A stretch of DNA of 62,929 nt, counting the filler, from Sphacelaria rigidula (taxonomy: Eukaryota): NCBI GenBank assembly GCA_964200075.2. It is 5 parts of 5 records of this genome, joined end to end, with 100 filler letters (N's around TTAATTAATTAA, not from the genome) between each part and the next. Parts side by side here need not be neighbours in the genome. Positions count along the whole stretch, not along the records: positions 1 to 12,507 come from CAXNAA020003685.1; 4 more parts are not named here. One strand, given 5' to 3'. Made by a program: the position numbers and the translations under genes. Position 1 is the first letter of the stretch; each line of letters opens with the position of its first letter. Below the pieces are notes generated by a model. That model was not told the origin of the DNA and searched no databases. It worked only from the letters and a program-made list of their open reading frames with translations. Positions 1 to 11,293 of the stretch are shown here, in pieces.

Positions 1-44
1 AGTTTGGGGGAGGAAGATACTTTCGCTCTGTGTCACTCTTTCGC

Positions 45-120
45 ATCTTCCCTGCAATGGAGACATGGGACTTCAACCTCATTTTATGTTTCAACTCCAA
101 AAATTAGGATCGGCTGTTAT
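45..120. repeat. Terminal segment of a repeat family; inverted copy at 62854-62929
   Basis: 45-120 matches the reverse complement of 62854-62929 with 6 mismatches in 76 nt. Homology stops at ...CGGCTGTTAT, exactly where Academ-like sequence begins (121). Confidence 0.9.
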
Positions 121-3100
121 TTGAAGTTTCTTAAAAAACTAGGAAAATGCTTGAACTCCGCGAAAAAAATAAAAAAAACGTGGGCATCCCTGCTGTGGTG
201 GTTGCCTCCTTCACCGGAGGAGATCCTTCTGCAATTGCGGCCAAGACTTTGAGAAATTTGGCGCAGCATCCAACTTTTCGTGTGGTGCGGCCGCGCCCAT
301 TTAATCCAAGTGATACAGTTGACGCCAGTTATGGACGTCTCTACTTCGAATCCTGACGGATTCCCTTTTTTTCTGTTCTGTCGGTAAGGTGATTTATTAT
401 GCAGTACATTATTTTTTTCATTCAGCGGCGGTCCCGTCCGATACCACGTTGGCCTGCAGGTCACACCAATACACTCAAGTCGGGCTGATTTGGTGAAGTT
501 GATAACTTATGGTGTGACATACGAATGCGGGATTTACTGCTGGCCCAGCTTGCAGCCCTATTTTGTATTGTTCGTATATGTTATTTCGCGGCCTAAAGGG
601 AGCCAGGGGAGTATTGACAGCTTCTAATGGCTTCCTGTACTTTAAGGAAATAAAATACTCGAGGGAGATTTTTTTTTGAGTAGTGGCAGATTATTTCATT
701 TTCACATACACTCTTCTGCCAGAGTGATCAAGACCGGGGGAACAACCCGTATCACGTTCGTATTTTCCTGTGGCCACAGATTTGTGTTCGAGTGGACAGG
801 CATTTAGTATAAGAATGGTCGACACGAGGTGATGACTGTCATGGTTTTCTACACCTGATCACCACTTTATTCTGGACTCGACTGATGTTTATAGTTCGAG
901 GACGAACACACAACTTCAGCAAAACAAACAAGACACAAGCGCCTGAAAACGTTGATGTGACGCGACAGATTTTCTAAGGATGAACGCAAGGCATACCGAG
1001 GAGGCAACATCGGCCCAGTCATCATCTACGCCCAAAACGAAGGAATAAATGGAAAAAACGGTCGTCAACATGTTGTGTTTGCCATAAAGAGCGGTTTAAA
1101 TCAAACGTTCCGAAAACCGGCCCGATGTATGATGCGCATGACCAGTGATCACACGACCCTCCGGTTCGGTGCAGATGGTGCAGGATCAGGGATATCGCCG
1201 AGAGTGTGACGACGAACACCACCCTATATTCCTCGTCCAACTGTTCAACACAGTAGTGATACCGTTGATCCCCGGCGGTTCTCTCCTTGCACGAACACCA
1301 TAGCGTTGAGGCGCGAGCGTTGGTAGTGCTGCACGGTAAGTCGAAATGTTCACTGGCATACCATCAGTGTCGTCGCCGATTAGTCGTGTTGCGTTGAAAC
1401 ATGCACTTGATTCATATTACTATATAGCCTGATGCACCACAGGCGACTCGCTGACGGGCGTAGCCAGATCACTCCCCATACACTTTTGCACCCCACGGTG
1501 CACCGCACAAGCACGAACCATCAACGCCATGTACATGATACACAGCGCACGACTGCAGCCTGGAAAAAAACAACCTTGAATTGTACAGGAACGTTTGCGC
1601 AATCTATCTATAGGCAGAACAACCCCAATATTATCCACAGACTGAAATCAGAACGCAAAATCTTCCTCATTGTCATCGCCCGCTTCCGTTGCCGAGTCCT
1701 CTCTCTCGGACCTGCTGCATTCTGAATTCGAATCTCCGATCCAGATCCCGGCTGCAGAGTTCGACTCGTGTCCGGTGGGTTTATCTGATCCGCCGTCGCA
1801 AAGGTTGGCACTGATGGGCTCTTCTCCTAGATGCGCCCTCCCTACCCCCTGCCTCCCGCCGCCGTGCCCGTAACGCCCCTCACCATCGGTCATATCAACA
1901 GGTGCCCCTGGCGCGTTGCTCGCTCCACTTGCCGCGCCCCTTCCGCGGGATGCATCCGGCTCGCCCCTTGCATGCTTCACTGTTGACCGGTCTTTCCCCT
2001 TGCGAGATCGGCCGCGTGCACGGCCGTCTACGCCGTCGATCTCACTGATCGGATCTGGTCTCGACTGCGCTCCCCCCACCACCTCCCTCCCGGCGCCGCG
2101 ACAGCGAGGCTCCTCACCATCAGTCTCATCAACAGGTGCCCCTGGTGCGGTGCTTGCTCGAAATGCCGCCCGCATTCCACGTGATGCAGTCGACCCGCCC
2201 CTTGCATGCTTCGATGTTGATCGGCTTCTCCCGTCTCGCGATCGGCCGAGAGCACCGCTGTGTCCGTCGCCGGTTTCCTTAACGGGAATCGCGGCGGCCG
2301 CTCGCGAAGGGGGCGGGGGCAGGAAGCAGCGACCCTGGCAACCGCAGCTCAGAGTTCAGTTGCCCAAACACCTGCAACTCCGACATCTGTGTTTTGTCGC
2401 CGCCCTTTCCGGGTTGCATGCACATCTAAGTACTTGCACGTTTCCGGAAGTGTCGACGTATGTGTAACTCGACAAAAACACCACAATGTTATCGCGTGAT
2501 AGCTCCACCCCCGCTAGTATCGACGCTTTTACACCACCCTTGTGGTGAGTCCTCCTCTCCGGCTCTATGCCCCACCCGCGTCCGTTGAAGTTCACGGGGG
2601 GCATGCTGCGGAGGAAGCTTCCCTCCCAGTATTCCAACACTGCATCGGCCTTACTGACGTGCTTCTCACAAGCGTCCAAGTCTGGGCAGCAGCGGGAAGG
2701 CTGGTGCCCATGCGCTGTGATGATACACAGGCGGATCTTGTTCACGTACGACGCCAAGTCCTGTCTGCACGGGGTGAACAGAATTTCCGGACCCGTGGCA
2801 ACTTGCGAGAAAGCGTTTTCGTGCCTAAAAAAGAAAACGGTGGACAGCAGCTTCACGCCCTCGTCCATATCCACCCTGAGCCTCCCATCTTTGTCCGCCA
2901 GTATCGCTTTCGTGAAGAGGTTCAGCGTGCGAATGGCCTTCAGAACGAAATCCCACATCTTCAGGAGAGGAATCCCGGACACATGTGGTAAAACATCGCA
3001 CCCGGCCAGCAGGTAAGTCAAAACGAGCAGTGCTACCTTGATTGGTGGTGTCAGCCGACCGTACTGGCCGTCGGGCAGCCAAGCACTCTCGCTCCCGTCC

Positions 3101-4830
3101 CTCAGATTCTCGATCGCACTGTACACCCGGTTCACCAGTATGTACTAAGGGCCACCAATCACGATGCGTTTGACAGTGACTAGCACGGCGCCTGAGCAAT
3201 GCGGCTTGATACACCCGGAGGTCATCGCCAGAAGTGCAATGATCCACTGATCAGTGTCGATGGAAGTCACCAGCCACCTCTTCGGACATTTCCCGAACAA
3301 CCTTCCGGAGTGTATGATGAAATGCACTGTGGACATCTCTCCCTCACCTACACCGGGTCCAGGTGCGCTGTGGATACTCCTATCAGGCCCACTGCCATCA
3401 CGCCACCACAACAGGTGACCAGGCGAAGTGGCGGGAAGCGCGTCACTTTGCGCGCGCGATTCTCCTGCCTCCGCTTCCTCCACCCTCTCGCGGCCTGTCT
3501 ACGTGGCAAGATACGACCACGGAATCTCTGAAACCCCTGCGCGGGCGCGTAGACTAGTGCTCGGTGCCGTCGTCGGCGCCGACGCCGCCCCGCTTGATCG
3601 CTGGCCCGTCACCGCCGCAAGGTATGTCCGCGGGACCGCCTCTGCCATGCCTCTGTCGTCGAAACGCCCACATGCCGCACTTGCTGCCGCCGGCGGCATC
3701 GCCGGTACCCCTCCTCCCGTCCGCTTGCCGCAGCTGATGTGCCGGGTGGGACGGCAGCCAGACATACGCGAGGGTTTCACCACCTGCTCGCATGACATGC
3801 AACAAGGCGTATGTGTGCAAGAATTTAGTTCTGTGCTATATTTAACGTTTCGAGAGTCAGAGTCGGGGGTTCTTGTGCACATACGAAGTATATATATATA
3901 TATTACCCACGTATGCTCACGTCCCCTGTTTGGTTCGAAAGCCACAGTCATCACCTGAAAAAAAGCAGTGTGGAGCGTGCGATCCTAACCTCTGATAACT
4001 CGCAGGGTTACCACAATAGCGAATTGAAGATGCTCTCACCTCGGGATCGGTTCTGGTGTCGTATATGACGCTCGGACTGCCCCGGGCGGCGTCTCAGCAG
4101 GCGCCCGGACGTTGCATCCCATGAGTTAGCCTTGGGGATCCTCCACATCTGCCGCGAGGGTATGTGCAGGGGGGGTGGTCGGGTGGGGAGTTGAACACCA
4201 ACACTTCTGATCGACCGTGTCATCTACCCTGCCGTTCTCATGTTCTCGTCTCCTGTGGCGACGGAGATACATGTTTGCTATCGTATGTAGCGGTCGCGAC
4301 GTCCTATCGTGATACTGAAGTACCATTTGAATTGAGAAGTCGGAATCCATGTCTACATGAACGCCGGAAATCTAGATCTACGCCAGACGTTATTGATTTG
4401 ATTCCGGGTGTCAGATCACTAACTTGAACTCCTTCTCCTGCTCGGGACAGACACCAAGTGCAAGTTGTACATTCGCTTGTGTACAACGCGAGCCGCAGAA
4501 TTATTACGACCCCGCTGTTTGCAGGAAGTGGTGTACAAACGTCTCAAATACATTGCTACAATGCACACTTGTTCTGTATATATATATAGCGTTTTCTTCG
4601 AAACAGGCAATTCTCCCTCATACCACCCCCCCTGAAAAAATCAGGGAAAATGACGGTTGCGATCAGCGCCGTAAGTTCAGAGTCGGTCAAATGCGCTGGA
4701 GAAGTATCAACGCGATCAGTGGGCATTAGGCCGGCAAAAACGTCACGAGGCACCATCGCTGAAAGTGTGGGGAAAACATAGTTTTGGGCTTGAACCTCAT
4801 TTCATCGTACAGCCTCATTTTATAGTATTG
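121..4830 (-). mobile_element. AcademX-like DNA transposon remnant, copy 1 (internally deleted)
   Basis: Collinear homology with contig 2: 121-550 ~ 22040-22470, 1380-2700 ~ 22512-23832, 3735-4603 ~ 24035-24853. Encodes a PIN/XPG-type nuclease followed by a Cys cluster. Confidence 0.65.
1648..3483 (-). pseudogene. C-terminal part of an Academ-like transposase: PIN/XPG(FEN/XRN)-like 5' nuclease, Cys8-like finger, low-complexity tail
   Basis: ORFs 3145-3483, 2356-3135 and 1648-2175 share one frame broken by two stops (3145-47, 2356-58). Motifs: GEGE, VTSIDTD, LLAGCDVLPH, H..KA.AVL.YW....GW, then CAC...CRSCRCLGN*TLSCGCQGRC. The second stop is TGC (Cys) in copy 2. Confidence 0.7.
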
Positions 4831-4904
4831 CCTGTTTCTTGCTATGAACGCCGTCCAGGTCAAAGCTTTTACTACAGTATATACTTCGCCGGCAGCACAA
4901 TGCG

Positions 4905-4990
4905 GTGTACTGCACTAAACTTTGCTGCACTGTATTGTACTGTACCACACTATACTGTACTGTGCTGCGCTGCGCTGCGCTGTGGTGTGC
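4905..4990. repeat. Degenerate pentamer microsatellite (TGTAC/TGCAC/TGCGC)
   Basis: Directly visible: tgtac tgcac ... tgtac tgtac ... tgcgc tgcgc tgcgc. Confidence 0.75.
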
Positions 4991-6292
4991 TCTATCTTGC
5001 TGCTACGTGCTGTTGGTGCAGTACACGGCAGTTCAGATGGTCCATATACTGGTGCGGAAAAAGGTTTTTTTTTCAAACTTTAGTCATGTCGCTTCATTTG
5101 CGGCATCAATGGATTTCAAAGCAACATTTTGCTATGGAAAGATGGATCTCTCTACATGGTGAAAACATCCTCCTAGTCTCTACCGGTGGCGTCATGCGAG
5201 CGCCGTGCTCTGCCATGACACCGGAGGTGAGGTTCGACGGGGGGGTGGTGTTCACCTCAGGCTGCACGGATTCTGCAAACGCTCCAAGCAGACATCACCA
5301 TTATCAGTGCAACTTGCGAGAGGACTTGCTCGTCAGTATATCAACACACCTTGACCGTCTTCGAGCCCACTTCTTCCACTTGGGCGATGCCTTTAAGTCC
5401 GCAGCTGCAGGCACAAGGTGTGCGGAAGCTCGGGGCGAAATTAGGATATTTGCCATCATCCACCGTTTCTCGCGGAGGCGTCTATTTCGCTATTATTGAA
5501 GAAAGAATGTTTTCCCCGGCGAAACACTGGACCACACGTGCTATCACCCGTACATTGGAATACGATTGTGTTCTGTTCTGTCATGAAAGATGATGGTTAT
5601 ATTCTAGATTTGGAGTGCAGAAAATGGTGCGTATCATAAGGTGGCAATATCCTACCCAGCCAACTCTACAGACAATAGCGCCGACAGGTTTCTTGCCGCG
5701 TATGACCATCAAAGGTAGGCCTCCCACAACAGCACTCACATAGGCCACGAGCGTGGTGTAGGTTTAGAGTCAGGCCATGAGGCAATGCAGACTAGCACGC
5801 CACGCATTGTAAAAGCCGAGCCGCAGAACGACAGTCAGCAACGCTCGGCTGCAAGGACACCCAGGTTCCTTGCCGGGTTGGGTATGCATCATTTTGGTGA
5901 CACTGTACATTGTACACTCTGTACTGCAGTAGACACTGTACAGTAGTTTGGCGTCGTAAGTGTACCCACCTTGTTGTGTATCGAATCGCATACGCAAGAA
6001 CTGTACTGTACATTCATGCGCATAGATACGTAAGATATGACACGAACATAAGGTCCGCCATCATCGAAATAGCTCAGGATTGTCATGCCGCGTTTCGTAT
6101 CCAGCGGGGGTTCCTCTGGAAGCGTAACTCGAAGAGCTCTATAGGGTGCAAACAAGCACTGCCCGCTTTCAAGCGGGGCTCGGCTTTGAATCGAACTGAG
6201 CCGTGATCACTAGAGAACATCTTGTGCAAACAAGAACACCCCCCTACCGGTAAGTGGGAGGGCACCTCGAAATCATCCTACGATAGAAAAAG

Positions 6293-6580
6293 AGGGGGGG
6301 GGGGGGGGGGGGGGGGGTGTTCGGGGAGAATGCCACTGCAAAAAGTGGTGAACGACGCAAGTAGTGTACGAACCAGCTTGGTGACANNNNNNNNNNAAGA
6401 AAAAACAACGAGACAAAGCACCCCCCCGCCGGGGGGGGGGGGGGGGGAGCCCGACAAACAAGGCGAGAGGGAGGGGGGGGGGGGGGGGGGGGGGGGGGGT
6501 ATTTCGGGTCGTTTCTTCCAGGAAAATGCCACTTCAAATCGTGGTGAACGACGCAACTAGTGTTCGAACGAGCTTGGTTC
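6293..6580. repeat. Poly-G tracts and a ~55-nt direct duplication around a short N gap (low-quality region)
   Basis: AATGCCACT..AA...GTGGTGAACGACGCAA.TAGTGT.CGAAC.AGCTTGGT occurs at ~6329-6382 and ~6525-6578, each preceded by a G run. N run at 6387-6396. Confidence 0.75.
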
Positions 6581-7401
6581 CAATGAGACGCACCCATTCA
6601 TACTGCGTGACAATGTTCTCACCCATATACGAGCGCACCGCGAGTGTGTCATATCGTCTGATGAGTCACGCCACGTTAGAATCGCATATTTTCCCCCCCA
6701 ACTTTGATTTGTAGGAACCCTTCATCTCATAAAAAAAACGACTTGGAAGTATGTCAGCGAGGGCAAGCTGCATGACATATGCTCTCCTGCACACTTGACA
6801 GTACGTGAAAATCACCCTAGTTATATACTCACAGAAGTGTGGCCCGTCGCACTACTTGAAAATAGTGTGGGTTGACACTGTATTTTGGCTTTTATTCTTG
6901 ACGATGCACGACTTCGTGTGGGTCTGAAGTCGACGTACCTCTCTCGCCACAGCGACATAGATCCACCGGTAAGGCCCGGGGGTCAAGAAACGACTGTGGC
7001 GAGGAGAGAGCGAATGTGTAGCTATGCAGCTGCGCGATACAGGAGAGGAGCACAGCAACAGGAGGTGCAGCAGATGTGTACATAGACTAGACTCTACCTT
7101 TTGTTGCAGACTTCCTTGTAACCCGCCGGTCGATGTACAGGTGGATCATTTGGCAGGAAGTCCTACATATAGCCGTAGGCGTTATGACACGGGACTGTCA
7201 AGAATGAGTGATATATGAGCGCCACACGTCGCCAGTTCTTTACTTGTTATCGATTCCTACCCACCGAGAAACAGCACGAAAAGTAGCAACCGATTTGAGA
7301 CCTCTCCGACGGCGAAGGCTCGCCCCACTGCACGTGGGCTCGACCTTTCTTTTCGCACACTACCTCCAAACTCCTACAACCCAACCGCCAACTACCCCGC
7401 T

Positions 7402-7788
7402 ATGGTCCCTGACACGCTGGATATGTCCGCCCCGGAGGAGATACCCTCCGCCGAGGCCCTCCACGCGCTGATCTATGAGGTGCGGGGGCCCATCTCCATC
7501 ATAAACCCAAAAAAGGTGATCGCGGTATTGGGCCTCACCGCGGACGAAACACTAATAAACCAGCTCCTGTGTGTTTGTGCACACATACTAGCATAGCCCA
7601 CATCCGTGAACATCGCGACGCTTCTGCAACCTTCCATGGCAGCAAGTGTCACCCCCGACGCTCGAAGGGACCTTCAGACCCGCGCCCTGCTGGAAGCATC
7701 GGTGGACCACCTGTGGGCAACCACCCACGGTGGCCTGAAGAAAGTAGGAGACTTCCTCGTGTCGGGATCGGAGATCGGAGCTCTCTGA
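7402..7788 (+). pseudogene. Decayed reading frame of unknown type (possibly retroelement ORF1/gag)
   Basis: ORFs 7402-7596 and 7606-7788 are in frame, separated by one TAG, with helical protein-like composition. No diagnostic motif. Confidence 0.25.
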
Positions 7789-8901
7789 TGCGGGAGACAG
7801 CACACATGGCAAGCCCGACCGGAGCGCAGCTGGCGCCGCTTCGGCACAGGAGGAGGGGGACAGCGACGAGGAACGATTGCTTACACGGATTCACCTTTGG
7901 CGGCTGGTGAGATTCCCCATTTGATTTCCAGCACGCACGCTTAGTACAGTACACTCGAGGCCCCCCAGCCGTAGGAATAGCGTCCCACTGTCCCGCAACA
8001 AACCACATGCATAAGCTAACGCAGCCCCATCAAATTAGAGTCAGTACACTATTATACTGTAATATAGGTGCAGCTCTATGCCCTGCCCAGCTCACGCAAA
8101 ACTACGGTAAGTAAGTACACTGTTGTACTGAAAAATTGGGCAGCTCTATTTTTCCCCACGCTTCACCCCATATTACAGTACGTACACTATGATACTGTGA
8201 TATCTATGTAGCTGCACGTATATCTTCCCGCAAACCCGCAAAGGTAGAACGTACAGCACAACTACACCGCAAGCCGACAGCCCAAGGTAGCATGGGGCCC
8301 AACCTTTGCAGGGAAACACGGGACCCCCGAGACAACACACCCGCACGTCTGTAGTACAGTGTGCTCGTCCCGCTTCCACTCGAGACGTCGTGCACTCAGC
8401 ATACCCAATACCCCACACGCATGTTGCCAGATCTCAGTTTCTGCGACAGCGGGTCTCTCCTTTCTTTCCGCACGTATGTACAGCCCCACCTACCCGTAAC
8501 GTGTTTCATACATCCCCTTGGTTGTACTGCCAGTCAGTAGCTATTGACTGAATACGCACCGTTCCTTCCTCACGATTCCGCCCCAGGATCTCCCGTGCTC
8601 TCCATGACCCTCGCACGCAGAACCCCATTCGGATCACGATATTCTTTGCCTGGGTATACCTCACACAGTGATACGCTGGGAGGCGCTCACATTGCTGATT
8701 AGCAGGTACTTGACCTCAATACTTCCCCGGTAATCGATCCCGGCCCGTCTCCATATGTCAAGTAGCCCACCGGCGACCTTCACAGCGCACGAGCGCTACG
8801 GTAAGCACACGCCATGTCTCTTGTCAGTACAGATGCCTACACCGCAGCACTTAGCGCCGGCCTTGAAAACGCGGCTCGCGACAACATCGCTGTTGCTTCG
8901 T

Positions 8902-8902
<1 letters not shown>

Positions 8903-8963
<61 letters not shown>

Positions 8964-9045
8964 ACCCCCCCCGGCCCCCCCCCCCCCCCCCCCCCCCCCC
9001 GCCCGCCCCGCCGCCCGCCCCGCCGCCCGCCCCGCCGCCCGCCCC
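8903..9045. repeat. ~100-nt poly-C tract followed by (GCCCGCCCCGCC)n
   Basis: Directly visible. Confidence 0.9.
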
Positions 9046-9117
9046 GAAAACAAACAAACAAATGCACAGAGGGGTGCACCGTACACGCCCACCCGACTTG
9101 CTGCCACCCATCTAGAC

Positions 9118-9345
9118 TGTACAGTACATGAAGCACCGTACACGCGCAGCCCAGATAGCACCGATGAGCACACCATTACAAGTACACGGCAGGCGCGGGA
9201 GACTCCGTACACATCCAGTTTGCCGTCGTAGACCGTACAGTACATAACGCACCGTACACGCGCAGCCCAGATAGCACAGATGAGTACACCATTACAAGTA
9301 CACGGCAGGCGCGGGAGGCTCCGTACACGTCCAGTGTGCTGTCGC
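9118..9345. repeat. Tandem repeat, ~116-bp unit x2
   Basis: GCACCGTACACGCGCAGCCCAGATAGCAC...CCATTACAAGTACACGGCAGGCGCGGGAG starts at 9133 and 9249. Confidence 0.85.
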
Positions 9346-9459
9346 CCATCCAGTACAGATTCGGGCCAGTACAGCATCGATTCGGATGCTGCACAATTCA
9401 CACCCGCCCGACCCCGTCGCCCGTACAGTACTTCCAGCACAGTCCACGCTTATCTGCCT

Positions 9460-9910
9460 CGACCCTTTGCCGCCGGTACAGTACACTTGGAAGCGCAGCA
9501 CAGTACAAGCGCCGACGAGATGCGGCACCGCACAAGTCCCCATGGCTTTTAGCCGCCTGTAGAGTACAGAGTGGGACCGGCACAAGCACACGTCCGCCCA
9601 GTCCTTCGACGCCCACACAACACAGGTGAGGGCGTTAGCACAGTACACGTGCGGATGACGCGACGTACACGCCCGTACAGCCCTTACCACATAGTACAAG
9701 CTCACTCGGCTCGTCCCTTCGTCACCGATACAGTACACTTCGGAGCGTAGCACAGTACCAGCGCCACCAAATCGCGGCATTGCACAAGCCCGCCTGGCCT
9801 TCAGCCGCCTGTCGAGTACAACCCGGGACCGGCACAAACACACACCAGCCCGGTTCTTAGCCGCCCACATAGTACAGGTGGGGGCGTAACAGTACACATG
9901 GGGTGACGCA
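9460..9910. repeat. Diverged direct repeat, ~250-bp period, CAGTACAC-rich
   Basis: ACAGTACACTT(C)GGA.GC..AGCACAGTAC.AGCGCC...GGGACCGGCACAA... at 9478 and 9730. Confidence 0.75.
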
Positions 9911-10545
9911 AAGCACAGCACACGCTCGCTTTTACCCACGCAGCATCACAGAGCCCTATGTTATGCCAGAAACCTGGCAAGCTGAACTACGCTCAACCCC
10001 GACACAATACTTAATGGTCCCACCACATACATACCGCCCGCTCAGACGTGTTTCGTACTAGCCCAGTCAGCCCCTTCATCCCAAGTCCGTGTGACACAGC
10101 TCATGCGCAGTACTCAGCAATTGTACACGCGGTTTGTGAGCACACCAGCCCACCACTTCTGCTACGTAAAAGCGAGACCGATCCAGCCTGAGAGTCCGAT
10201 AGCACAACAACAGCCGCACGACCCCGTTCGCCCGACCCGTCCCATGCTGTATCCCCGACACTGTAGTTCGAATTAAAGGTGAGCCAAGCAGCAGCGGGCG
10301 CTCACCCTCTTAAGGATGCACGCTTCACGCCCCTCACGCGAGTCACGTATCAACTCGACACCATGTTCGCCCACCTAGCTGCGATGGAGCGGTTGGCCGA
10401 GGGGCAGCCCTCACTCCGTCGCGAGATGGAGTGGGTGCGGAACCTCCGCAACGATGTTGAGGACAGTCTCGAGCGGCGCTCGCCGGCGTTAACTGCTCTG
10501 CTCCTCCACAAACGGTTTGGTGCCACCTGTAGACCTAGCCACCAT

Positions 10546-11138
10546 TGTTACCTAAGGTCAGGAACACTGTAGGTGGAGTTGCGGGTCTGATTGCCGGACT
10601 CTGTGATGGTGACCTCCATGGTGAGTAGGCTTGGTTTTGTCACTCTGGTGGAGAGAGGCTATATGGTCCTGTTCTCCTGTACTATGCTGAGGGTTAATAC
10701 ATAAGTAACTAAAGCTGCTGAAGTCCATGTGCCCGTCATGGGAGGAGTCCACATGGCAATCTGATCTTGAGTAACAGAGGTCTATAATAAACGTTAATTA
10801 AGTCCGCTGAGGCGGTAGGTCCGCTGAAAAGCAGCTGACATTTCAAGATAAGGAAGTCTGCAGGCCTGATCAGTTTGCAGCAAACGAGACCAGCTCAAGG
10901 CGTGTTAACGTCGCGAGGAGGTGGAGAAGTAGAGCCGAGGAGGTTCTGAGGCAGTGCTAGGGTGGGCTGTGGTATCGCTTGTGCGAGAGGTGCGGGGGGT
11001 TGATCGACAGCTGGCGAGCCCGTGCGCGGACCAAAAAAAGCGGCGCAATTACTGTACTGCCTAGTGGAGCCAGCGAGAGTTGCTTGTTCCACGCTTGGCC
11101 AGGTACGGCCAGGAAGAGGAGTCTAAGGACTTCAAACA
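10546..11138 (+). mobile_element. Putative 5' LTR of a Gypsy-type retrotransposon
   Basis: TGTT...AACA inverted ends, followed after 2 nt by a TGG-starting PBS and a gag-like ORF. TATAATAAA inside at ~10782-10790. No second LTR in the contig to confirm the left boundary. Confidence 0.55.
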
Positions 11139-11140
11139 CG

Positions 11141-11157
11141 TGGTGAGACCTGCGTGA
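11141..11157 (+). promoter_or_regulatory. Primer-binding site (possibly tRNA-Trp-like)
   Basis: TGGTGAGACCTGCGTGA just after the LTR-terminal CA. The same GGTGAGACCT follows the LTR at 16318-16327. Confidence 0.55.
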
Positions 11158-11293
11158 GGAAGAGGCGCTGTGGCCATTGTCTTTGTAAGGTGGTACAGCG
11201 CGTCTCGTTGTAAGGAGAGAATTGTTTTTCTTGTGAGTGGGGGGCGACTTCGTTTTTCAAAAAGGCGTGTGGAGTACTGTACTGCTGACTGAA

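Noticed and set aside
6329-6578. Real tandem duplication flanked by G runs
   Set aside because: It straddles an N gap in homopolymer-rich, low-quality sequence and is probably the same locus read twice.
7276-7292. Exact 17-mer ACGAAAAGTAGCAACCG shared with 43700-43716
   Set aside because: No flanking homology. It is too short to interpret and possibly chance.
8755-9440. Pro-rich or Gly-rich proteins (extensin/formin-like)
   Set aside because: They arise from the poly-C tract and are open in many frames.
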